Source of the DNA: Trichosphaerium sp. ATCC 40318
Lineage: Eukaryota > Protista > Tubulinea
Direction: 5' to 3'
DNA length: 64,000 nucleotides
Assembly (NCBI GenBank): GCA_038496445.1
Contig: JALMLS010000064.1
Span: 496,001 to 560,000, forward strand
Under the pieces are notes generated by a model. The model was given only the letters and a program-made list of their open reading frames with translations. It was not told where the DNA came from and did not search any database. The position numbers and the translations under genes are program-made. This document shows, piece after piece, positions 51,787 through 62,880 of the stretch. The stretch's first letter is position 1, and every line of letters begins with the position of its first letter.

Positions 51787-52466
51787 TGGCAGAACTTACA
51801 GACGATCTAAGCGAATTATCCGAGGCATTTGGTAAAAGCTTGACGCTTACGGCGTCATCCTTCAGCGCCAAATACATAGAAACAGTCATTGGGTACCATG
51901 TGACAAAGCCAGGGTGTAAGGCGTTAATACAAAAAGAAAAACTGCTTACAGCTACGAACAACTACTACCATAAGTACGACGGTCCCTTAGCTACGCAGCC
52001 AGATGCTCCAAATGGTGTGTTCTTTTGCATTACGCCTACCAACACAGGAGAGCTTCCTACTATCACTGTTTATCCTACCTTTTCGCCTGGTGGAGGGTAC
52101 ATGGACAGGTTGAAAATGGAACTGGCACCTATACTAAACCGCAAAGACCTTGCTTTTTTTCACAAAAGCGACACTTCTGACGTTGAAACATCCCCGTCTA
52201 AAATATACAGGAATAAAACGAACAGACAAAGTCTCGTTGTGATTTGCCTCAACGAAGGTTCGCAATACAATTTTTCTCGGAAGCACTTTATCGAATTCCA
52301 TCCAAGCGAGTGTCGTCCTGGAGATCCACTTTGGTTAGATGGTGGCGTGTGGAAATGCCAAAAGATGCCAGTATACACCAATATTTGCTTTTTACATTCC
52401 TTAACGCTTGCTGATAAAATCACCACGTGGGATCAAGTTTACCGAATAAAAAGAAAAAAATGGTGA
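51787..52466 (+). CDS. Intronless uncharacterised protein with ADP-ribosyltransferase-fold/PHYHIP-C-like motifs
   Basis: Uninterrupted ORF (first ATG 51787) followed by AATAAA; GYHVT...I....LL...GVFF..GELP pattern. Confidence 0.6.
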
Positions 52467-52786
52467 AAAAAATTTAGAATACACTTTTTGAACATGTTTA
52501 AATAAAACGCTCTAGAAATAATATTTTTTGTAAGTTTGTTTTGGAGATGCTTCCAATAATATTGTATATTTTATGTAATACCATAATTTTAACGAAACTG
52601 CAACTGATTTTTGGTCAAGTGGTTTTTTTTGAAATTTCAAGAAAATTGTGTTAAATAAACAAGAACCTTTGCTGTAGCTATTCTTACATTTGGCACTTTA
52701 TCATTACTTAATTCAACAAGACTTGTTTTTTTTTTTCTTCTGTTCTAATAATTCTACATTTATTTACAACCTTCAAGGCATTAGCC

Positions 52787-54172
52787 TTATACAAAGCGGC
52801 GTCTCTTTGCTTTTCTTGCATTCTTTTTCTCTTTTTTTTCTCGCTCCCGCTTTAACCTTTGTTCTATCCTCTTCCTTTGTTTTACGTCAGTAAAGAATAC
52901 CACACACACATGCCGTACCTTGTAGCAAGTTCTGATTCGCTTTCTACAAAAGACACACGTCGTGACACGTCAGTTTTCTGAAACAAATACTTAGTACAAA
53001 ACACCTAGATGCTGAACAAGAAAAAAAAAGAAAGTACCTCTTGTAGTTGTGGTTCTTTACTAGTGACCTCATCGAAGAAGTCATCAAAACCAGATATACT
53101 TGTAGAGTTCTCATCACCACATTCTTGCATTTCTTGTACAGCTACATCAGGATTTACTAGATTCAAGGCACTCAATTTATCAGCTTCTGCAGCATCTAAT
53201 GATGCTGAGAATAGACTCCCATCAGAATCCAATGATCCAGAAACTGTAGCTGACTGAATCTCTTCTTTATGCTGGTTGTAGGACTCAAGTATGGTACCGG
53301 CCATTCCAGGAAATGCTTCAGGAATTCCCTTTAAGTTGCTTGTAAACTCCTACAAATATGTGTTAACAGAGCAGTAGGAAAACTACTGGTGCTCGCATAC
53401 CAATGATTGTAATGCCTCTTGATCGAACTCAATACTATTAAACGGTGTAGTTTGTAGTGCTAAAAGTTTGTCAAGATCAGAAGGTAGCGTCTAAAGCAAC
53501 TAGCACTCACTCTTTGGTATGTGAACTCCAAGATTTTTATACTCTGTAATTTCGTTATCCTTATCTACTATCCGCGTCTTAAGCACTCTATTTTGACGCA
53601 CAACCTCTGCAACAACGTGCATCATTGGGCTCAGAAATTCTGTCTACGGCAATGAGTATTAGCCAAACAAAACAATCAACAGGTGTGGGCAGTACTTGTA
53701 GAACGTAGGCAGATTGATCTGAAGCAGTAAGGCTGAAATCCCACTGTATTGGAAAGAAATCTACTTTTGTGTGCATGTGAAACACAACTGTGTCCTCAAG
53801 TTTCTCTATATCGTGGGTTACTTTGCCGCAAGCACTTATTTCCAAGTCTTTTTTCAGTAATCGGAGTATTTGAAATATTGAAGCGTGTAGTTGAGGAATC
53901 TCTCTCTATTGTACGTTAAAGCTTATTCAACGCATGTTTGGGCTATGTGCGCACCCTTTTGTAGTCTTTAAGTGCCCTGTAATCGTATTTGCCTGTCCAT
54001 ACAGTACGGAGATCCGTAAGTCGCACAGAGCATCCAAACGTTGTCTTATCCTTCTTGGAGCCATAGATATTGAATTGTACATAGTACTTGTTTCCAGAAA
54101 CACACTGAATAGGTTTCCAGGTATCGCCTATGCTCTATTAATTACATGTCTACAAGTGATGTTCGTACTCAT
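52787..54172 (-). CDS. NHEJ1: XLF/Cernunnos non-homologous end-joining factor
   Basis: WKPI..YYVQF..LTDLRTVW..QWDFSL..FLSPMM..KDNEITEYKNLG..LQTTPF; basic C-terminus KAKRRRFV*. Confidence 0.8.
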
Positions 54173-54315
54173 CGTAACCCGTTCAACGGCTATTTTCTTT
54201 TTGAATTGTTGTTGACCGAAATGTCCATCACACAAAAGTAATGTAAGAACTGTGGACGCTTTCTAGCAATAAAAACTCCGATGGCTATGTTAAAACTTGA
54301 GACGGGAGAGTAAAA

Positions 54316-56073
54316 ATGAAATTTAGCCGTTCTGTAGGTGTTAGGCGTGGTGAGGCTGGTTCGTTGGGCGTACGAGGCAGGACAGGTCGCTAATCTACAA
54401 TAGTCCGACCTAAAAGTATTAAAAACAGTGCAATACATCGGCATTCGCGTCGAGAAGTAGTAGAGAGATACGCCAACCTTCTCAATGTTTACACTTTCCG
54501 TGATTGGTACAGAGTACGCCAAAACGAGCTATCTGAGTTTTCCGACGCGCGACAGATACTCTCATAGTAAGTAGCCATAAAAATATAACCGAAATTGATC
54601 ACGTTAGTTATGGAGGTTACCAATCAATGTTACAGACGCTTTATCCTCACATAGATTGGCGAGCTTGGCAATTTAAGTACTGCGCTTATTATAAAGTGAC
54701 ATTGTATCTAACTCCTTCAGTAAAGTACCAACACAGCATTGGACACGCTCGAAGGAAATGGAATGGATCAATAATGCTGGGGAAACGTTGCGTGTTAAAC
54801 ATGTTGGAGACTGGCTGTCCCTTCGGTAACTATATTTCTAGAACCTAAACTCTGCCTTTGGTGTTTGTATAATAACTCCTTGTAGTGTTGATGATCTAAC
54901 AGCGTTCAGAGGTGGTAACACAATAATCAAAAAGTGCCAAAAAATAAAATCAATAAAGTGTCACATTTTGACACATTGCACTAGATATTCCGGATCAATG
55001 TCAACATTAATCAAGTCTTTGTATCCTGATTTTGAAATCTCAAACGTTCCAAATGAGTGCGCACTTACTTCTCGTAAATGTATAACTCATTCCTGTACAG
55101 AGAGGTAACCATGGTCCCTCAAGGTTATTGGCATAGTATAGAAAACCAAAGGAATAAAATTGATGATATTGGTAAGAAACTTGGTGTTAAGACAACGGAC
55201 GATTGGAAGCGAATTTCGCGAACTCATGTTCAAGCGCACGGCGGCAATTATATACTGTCAAGGCACGCCGAAGTATATAACTAACATCACTAATACAAAG
55301 CATCAGGCGAGGTGGGTCCCTGGATGAAACAATCCGCGCCTTGTATCCTCGTGTTGTATGGTACGAACACTCTTCATCATATTGAAGAAAAACCCAAGAG
55401 TTCAAAGACTATTTAGGCACTCACCTCACAACCACTTCGCAAGTAGTTCAAAGCAATATAAAGTACTAGAATCCATAGCAAAAGAGCTTGATATAAAGCA
55501 CTTGGATGACTGGCTATCTGTGCCTACAAAGAGGATAGATAACCTTGGAGGGTTCCGTGTCTTGCGTCTGTGCGTTTTAAATAGTCGATTCAATTATTAG
55601 TGCTGACTAGCCTCCCCTTAAGGCATGGCAATTCGTTACGAACCACGTTACAGCACATGTACAGAAATCACAATTGGAAGTGGGATTCAAAAAATAGAGG
55701 GTATTGGCAGAAAGATAGTAACCAAAGGCAATTTCTAGAGCATGCAGCAACATTGCTTGGGTTGGATGATGCCAATACATGGTAATTTTTTTCTGACACC
55801 TGTTTTGGTATTGACTCTGTACTTAGGTATAAGATATCTCATCATCAACTTGCTACTATTGGCGGTGCTGGTGTATTGCGATACTATCCCGAAGTTCTAA
55901 CAGTGTTGTACCCCACGAAACATTGGGAATTTACAAAGTTTCGTAAAGCTGAGAAAAGTTCACATAAGACGAATCAGTGGTGCGTTGAAATAGTTTATTG
56001 GCTTTCTTGTACTTACTCAAGTATTAGGTGGTTGACACAACTACTATCTCGTAAATTGTTCCTACCGAGTTGA
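54316..56073 (+). CDS. Trp-rich tandem-repeat protein, third paralogue (no nuclease domain), basic presequence-like N-terminus
   Basis: MKFSRSVGVRRVRPKSIKNSAIHRHSRR; about 5 repeats, e.g. PQGYWHSIENQRNKIDDIGKKLGVKTTDDWKRISRTHVQAHGGNYIL and RGYWQKDSNQRQFLEHAATLLG; ends WLTQLLSRKLFLPS*. Confidence 0.75.
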
Positions 56074-56995
56074 AGGAATCAGTCAAATGTTAGTGTAGAG
56101 CATGAAATGTACTCGTAACGATAGACTACCAAGCCTCGAAGCGTACATTCAGCTAATCGATCTTCAGTGATATCGCAGTGTTAGCCATCATTAAAAAAAT
56201 GTACTAGATTATATTACAGGCTTGGAGAGCTTCACAGTCTACGGAGAAATCAACTGCTGACGTTGAACAGTATAACGAATAAGCTTGCATCTTTGACCTT
56301 TCAGCAACAGTTTAAATATGCTGTATCGTGCAGCTCTACAACCTTCTTCGACGAGGATGAAAGCTAAGGGTAATAAACTGTAATAGCATTTTTACTTTTT
56401 TTGCAAAAAGGTGATAGCGTAGTGTGGTAGGGCGACCTCTCTGCTGAGAGGCCTGGCGTTCTTGCAAGTTATACATGTATGGTTGTATTATTATTTTTTA
56501 ATTACGATGAACCACTACTACTGAGCACCTTTCTGTTTACTAAATATAGCTTCAAGCTTTTAAAGTGTTCAAATCTGGTAAAAAATTAATAGTGGGCGAA
56601 TGAAAAATGCATGAAATCGAATATAAATCACCCCACGCCATTCATTGGGTGTAGATAAACACTTTAGATCTTCGTTTTAGAGTTGCATAACTTGGAATTT
56701 GCTGAAACTCATTTTTTTTTCTCAAAAAGGCGAAATCGCCTGTGGCGAACGGGTTTTTCTTTCCTTTTACGGTCTAGATCAATGCGCCTGTTCACAACTA
56801 CGTTTTAGACGCGATCTTACGTCTGAATTAGTTGTGCAACTATTTTAAGTTGCAACTAAAAACCTGAGAGGTACAAGAACGTAGATCGAAGTTTGACCAA
56901 GTAAGACCGAGGTAACGATGTGCAAGTACAATTTGAGCTAATTTGTTTTTCGTGCAGGAAGGATCGAGTACGACTTGAGCTTTTTAATGTACAGT

Positions 56996-58679
56996 TTACT
57001 TTTCATCTTTTGATGGTTCTGGCTTTGGACCAGCTTCAGTCACGTCATAATCCTTAGGTATATCATCCAAGTCCTTGAAAGAATGTGTTGCAGTACCGCG
57101 CTTCATAGGTTTTGGTTGGGAGTCATGAGGTGTCCATCCAATAATATAGATGATATCAAATGTAGCAGGAACGCGCCCATCCTCATCTTATGCGAAAGAA
57201 GGTCAATCAGTTGTTTTAACAATATTGCACGTGAAAGCGAACTAAACCAAAAAGCATAAACGTACCTGCATACATTTTCTGGTATATAGCAGCAGCGGCC
57301 ATCAAGGTCTCTTTTGATACATACTTTCGCCTGTAACAAATAATGAATAAATGGTAATAGTTTCTTTTTGACGAAATCTTTAACAAGGTACCTGTGTATT
57401 AGCGAGTTGTTCTCGCCCATAAGTTGTAATTCATGCATGAGAACATATGCGTCTTTATACTTTACAGTTATTGTTTCTCTATCAACTAATGATAAATGTC
57501 AGGAGACGTTAAAATTAAACAAAGAAGAAAAAAAACCAATTAAAAAAAAAGAATTAGAAAAAAAACCGTACTTGTAGGAAGTGCAAACCTCGCTCCAGAT
57601 AGAAGGTTACCTATATCAGATACCCCAACAAATGGAGATATATGTGGACTAACTCCACCTTCACGTTCACGTTCAGCTAGTAAGAATGCCGACCTAAAGC
57701 ATAACATTAGCAAACGTCTGGGTTTTTTCAAAAAAAATTATATCATCTTGGACTCTCACCTTAGCTCCTGTAATGTGTGTTCTCCAAACATGGACGCAAG
57801 AAATAGTCCGTCTGGTTTAAGAATATTCGAAATTTGTTCGAAGCAACCTGGCAAGTCATTGACCTTATTTTGAAAAAAAATTATTATTTAAATGATAAAT
57901 AAAGAAATGTGGGTACCCTGGTGTACACGGTAAGAATTCTGTAAAATGGTACGTACCCAATGAATATCTAGATTCGATAGAACAGCATCAAATGTGTTAT
58001 TTGCAAAAGGCAGGCGCTCCTCGTCAGCAACAATTCTATCATTACAATCAACAAAATCTCTTGCTGAAAAAAAAACCTATATGGGCGTACCGTCGTGGCT
58101 TTAGGCGGTATTGATCGTCGTACTTTATCCCATAGCGAAGTAAGTCTTCTATACTTGAGTAAGCAGGGTGTACAAAGGCGTTTGACTTGCCTGAGAGATC
58201 TGTTTGGTACAACGTCTCAATGCCTCCTCTATCATCCAAGAACTTGCGTGCATGCCTTTGATAATCGTTAACGTCAGCAAGCAGTACAGAATATATAGGC
58301 ACCCTCTTCCTGCGCCCATATCAAGGACATTAGGAAACTTACGGTCCTTTACATCCTAAACAAACAAACTTAACTTTGACACTTTGAAAATGTCTGCTTG
58401 ATTGGGGTGTATGTAGCGTTGCTATCAATATTTACGTACGAGAAGCCTATCTGTTAGTCTATCAGCTATTTCGTCTTTTAAAAAGTCTATTGAAGGATCT
58501 GCAAGCGCTGCTCTGTCCCGTTGTATACTGTAAAAGGGGTTTAATAGTACAATTGGCTAATAACGTTACCGTTTGAGTCGCCTATCAAACACAACTTGCT
58601 TCTTCATCATATAGGAGCGTGTAGAGCATTTTTTCCGTATTGACGAACTAGTTATGCTAGTTCTCGCTACACGTTGCAT
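56996..58679 (-). CDS. NDUFAF5: Mitochondrial complex I assembly factor NDUFAF5 (SAM-methyltransferase fold)
   Basis: [104 protein letters not shown]. Confidence 0.93.
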
Positions 58680-58849
58680 ACCTCGCAACGGGACGCTCAG
58701 TGTTTGTTACAGGCGCCGAGGTCGTAAGAAATTTGGTACTATTGACAGCATGAGACTTTATTTTGCTTCGAATTGTTACATAACGCCCAATTGCACGGAA
58801 ACGGCGCTAACAAGTTGATGGTGCAAGAAAACGCGGCATAATTTTGGTT

Positions 58850-61800
58850 ATGGCGGTGAGATCCGTATTTAACAGCCAGAAGGTGTTTGTATCAGAAAAA
58901 CTCCCAGTTCCGCGTCGTAATATCGTTGTAAAAGCAATACAAGCCAATGGCGGTATAATCGTTAACAATAAAGATGCCAATGCCGAAGATACCGTATACG
59001 TACTGCCTGGATCTAGTTTTATGAAGGTAAGCGAATAATCTTAAATTTATCATCGTCTCTTAAACGACTTTAGCCTTGCAGGACAGCACACGCATTGCAA
59101 CAGCAAAATGCAAGCATGGTCACAGAAAAAGTTGTATTGGAATGTGCTGAACTTCAAATTCCCCTACCGGCTCAGGGTCATGCAGTTGTATCTTGCGCGT
59201 TGCGTGACTGCGTCATAGTATTCACAGGGTTCACGGATAAGCAAAGTGTACGTCACAATTCCGCTTTTTGACACATCTCCTCAAAATCCCTCCAAATCTT
59301 TTCGTAAAACAGCTGGAGGGTTGATATCGTTTGTGTGAAATATATATATCACTGTGTGGTGTCTATTTGTACGTTTGACTAGTCTTAAACTGACAAACTA
59401 ACAGAAATCGATGAAAAATATGGCACATTTGCTTGCAGCTACTGTTGATAATCGCTTCACCCCAGAAACAACACACGTTGTGGCAGGTAGAAGTACACGC
59501 TGTTGGAAGGTAAGTATAACAAGAAGATTCAACGTTTCGTTTGTTTTCCTCATTTATCGTTAGAAAGCACAAGAAAACAAAAATTGTAGCGTCGTAAGGC
59601 AAGAGTGGGTGCGTATACTTGTTTTTTATTTAACTCTAATATTATATTTAGCTATCTCAGTCCTTCAGAAAGCATAAACGAGCTAAAGAACGAAATTACT
59701 TGGCGATGTTGCTCCAAGGTTAGCTTTTTTTTATTTTTTGGATTTTTTTTTTTACCTTTCCACATCACGTGCTACGATCACCGTTTTATCTTTTGGATAA
59801 CTGAGCATGCGTTATATGGGAGTACTGATTTTTTTTTAATCGTATTGGTAGGTTTGAAGATTTGCACCACTGGCTTGGAAGAACGTTTCGCTAATGATTT
59901 TGAGACTCAGATTGTTAAGCTTGGTGGAACTTTTGCTACAAGACTTGACAGGCATTGTACTCATTTACTTGCAAACAGAGCAGATAATGGCAGTAAAAAG
60001 TTTACTTTCGCTATTTCACATGGCATACCTGTGGTAAAACCGAATTGGCTCGTTGACTCTATCAATAGAAATGGCACGTTTGACAACCAAAAAAAAAACA
60101 AAACTTTCCAAGGATTCGAGCCGTTTAGCAGTCTTATGTAGCTTATTAATTTATTGGTAGAGATACAGCCAATGTCTAAGTACCAACTAAGTAAGAAAAC
60201 AAGGATTACGCCGCGAATGCGAGCGCCTACTCCAAGGCATGTTAGTGCTCTTCCAAACGCTACTGCCTCTACCGCTCAGCGTTATTTACCGCCTACTGCC
60301 ACTGAGGCGACGCCTCAGAGACAGATGACTCCAAAAGGGTATACACAAGACGCAAATGCGTCTGGTAGATTAGAAACACCACCACTGACGAACGGGACGC
60401 CTAAACAAGGTATTAAACCAGTGCTTAAAAACACTTACTTATTACAAAAGGATTCCTTACTGGTTACCGTATTTGTGTCGTTGGTTTTGGAGAGACTTAC
60501 AAAGGAAAATTGCGAAACGTTATATTTGATGCTGGTGGAGCTTTTTTAAGTGAACTTAGACGCGATAACGTTCCTACACATGTGATACTAAGCGATAGAC
60601 ACCAAAAAGAGTGCGTTGAAAGAACATTCGGTTTGGGGTTTTGTTTTTTGACACGCCGTAGGGAGGTGAAGCTACCGACTTGGCTTTTATCTCATACTAT
60701 CACTTTCGTAACAGCGAAATGGATATTTGATAGCAGCAGAATAAGTATGTCTACATGAATAATTTTTTTATTTTTTTCATTTAAGAAACCTCTTGACGAC
60801 GCGAAAACCTATCTTAATTTGTATTAGAAACGAAGCTAGATGAGCATAATTATGAAATAGCAGCTGATGATTTGCATTATGATAAAAAGAGCCCTCATAG
60901 GTCCAGTACAAATGGCCATGGAAGTGCGTACTGAGCACCTTTATGATTAACACATTGACTTTTTTTTTCTAGTGCAATCACCGTCTATGCTGCGGATGTT
61001 ACGTAAGTCTACTCAACTTGATACCAACGAATCGTATGCTCAAAATAGTCGCAACATACACCCGTACGTGCTCCTGTAACACAAGTAGCAAGATCTTAAC
61101 ATCTTGCAGTGCAGATGATGAGGAGGAAGATATTGATATGACACCGACAAGTGCACTTTCTATGAACCTTAATGGTACGCACTACACGTGCTATATTCAT
61201 ATCTTATTAATATTGTATAGCTTTCAGAATCAATTCACAAGAGATACCAGTACCACGTCCTAAAGTAAAACCAAACAGACGTGCTTCACGATATGTTAAA
61301 TCAACTTCAGCTTCAGAACATGACAAATATAGTAACAGTAGAAACGCAACAATGACTTATGAACCAACTCAACCTTATGTACCAACAGAGCCTAATCTAG
61401 GAAAACGTAAGAGATCTGTACGATCACCTTCGACAAAAGAAAAAAAGAAGAAACAGCAATCTCCTACAAAGTCATCAAAGTCGCCTCAGAAGAAACGATT
61501 CAAAAGAGACCAGAAAGTATTGGAAACTAGAATATCACCAAAAAAGAGGCACACTATAGCTAGAAGTGTATCTCCTCTTCAACGTAGCATTAAATCTCCT
61601 GAAAAACATCGATACATTAAAAACCCTCTAATGTCTCAAAGAATATCCCCGACACAGCCTGTTCGTACCAGGCACTCACGTGATAATCGACTACCTGAGA
61701 GCCCTTTCAAGGCATCTCGTAAACACATACCACAGAGACTTTTCCAACAAGACAATGATAACAATGGAGTGAGTCAAGCTTTGTTTGGCCCAAGTGAACC

Positions 61801-62880
61801 TAATCAGTACGTGCCGACTTTATGCTTTTTTCCATTGTTTTAGTGTTAACCAGTTTGTATTAGTTCTCGTTTTGCACAAGATGACATGCGTATTTCAAGA
61901 GACGACGTTGCTCATAATGACCCAGATGATGGTTTAGAGATAAAGTCAAGTCAAGAAACTGCTGAGGATATCGTTGTTCCTGATTCTAACGAGAAAGCTA
62001 GCACTCCTCGTTCGTTAATGGTAAATGTTCGTCAAGGTATTCCTGATGATGAGGTTGATTTTTTTCCTACGCCTCATGATTCACGGGAAGAGAGATCGGT
62101 ACGAAGGCTTTATATTCACTCAATTGTTTTTCATTACAGACTGTTCTTGATTGACTTCTTTTTTCAAGGGCAAAAAATATGAGACTGTTGATACAAGTGG
62201 TGTTTTTGGTAATCAGTTGAATTCTCCGTTGGCTGTAGAAAATCAAGATATATATTATGGAGGAGATGACGTTATACCATTATCAACGCAAAATGGTGCG
62301 CAGCGAGAGTATGGTACGATATGTTTTCCGGCGAATGGTTTAAAGAAAAAACCAAGTTAACAAAAAAACATGAATTTTAATTTTATTTCCTTAGACAATC
62401 AGCAAGATAATCAGCTCTACCTCAATGACCAAGCTATTGATGCACCACTACCTTTGATAACAGGACTTCAGCCTAATAGTGGTATGTCACAAGGTTACCA
62501 TAGAGAAAAAAACCTGCACAGAGCGGAAAAACATTTTTACATGTAGCAACAACTAATTTTCCTTTAGGTTACAGTGATAGTGCCAGACTGATCTTAATAA
62601 GTGGCGAGAACTTTAAACCTACACATCGTATTTGTTTTGGTGGCGTTGCAGCGCAAACAGCGCTTGAATATGGCGCTAGACGATTATGGGTATGATTTAC
62701 TGCACAAAAAAAACTAAACCAACATTTTGTAATGATCAAGTTCACTAACTCTCCTATTTATAGGCTGTACTACCTCGTTGTGATAAAATAGGACCTGTTA
62801 GAGTTTCTCTTATTGATCCTAATGGTATAGCTCTTATAGAACCCGACGCAGAGCCAACGTTTACTTATTTACGACGATGA
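58850..62880 (+). CDS. Multi-BRCT protein (TopBP1/Ect2-like N-terminus) with disordered S/T-P, S/T-Q region and C-terminal IPT/TIG domain
   Basis: BRCT repeats (LRDCVIVFTGF..THVV..W; LKICTTGL..GGTFATRLDRHCTHLL..KFTFAISHGIPVVKPNWLVDS; ICVVGFG..THVI..KWIFDS); C-terminal PNSG..ILISGENFK..ICFGG..AVLP..GPVRVSL..FTY. Confidence 0.82.

Noticed and set aside
56090-56370. Possible extra exons or a small gene after the third repeat protein
   Set aside because: Only short frames with no similarity to the nuclease domain; insufficient support.
56755-56790. U5/U2 snRNA-like words (ccttttac, agatcaa)
   Set aside because: The invariant U5 loop (GCCUUUUAC in its stem) and the U2 branch-pairing GUAGUA are absent.
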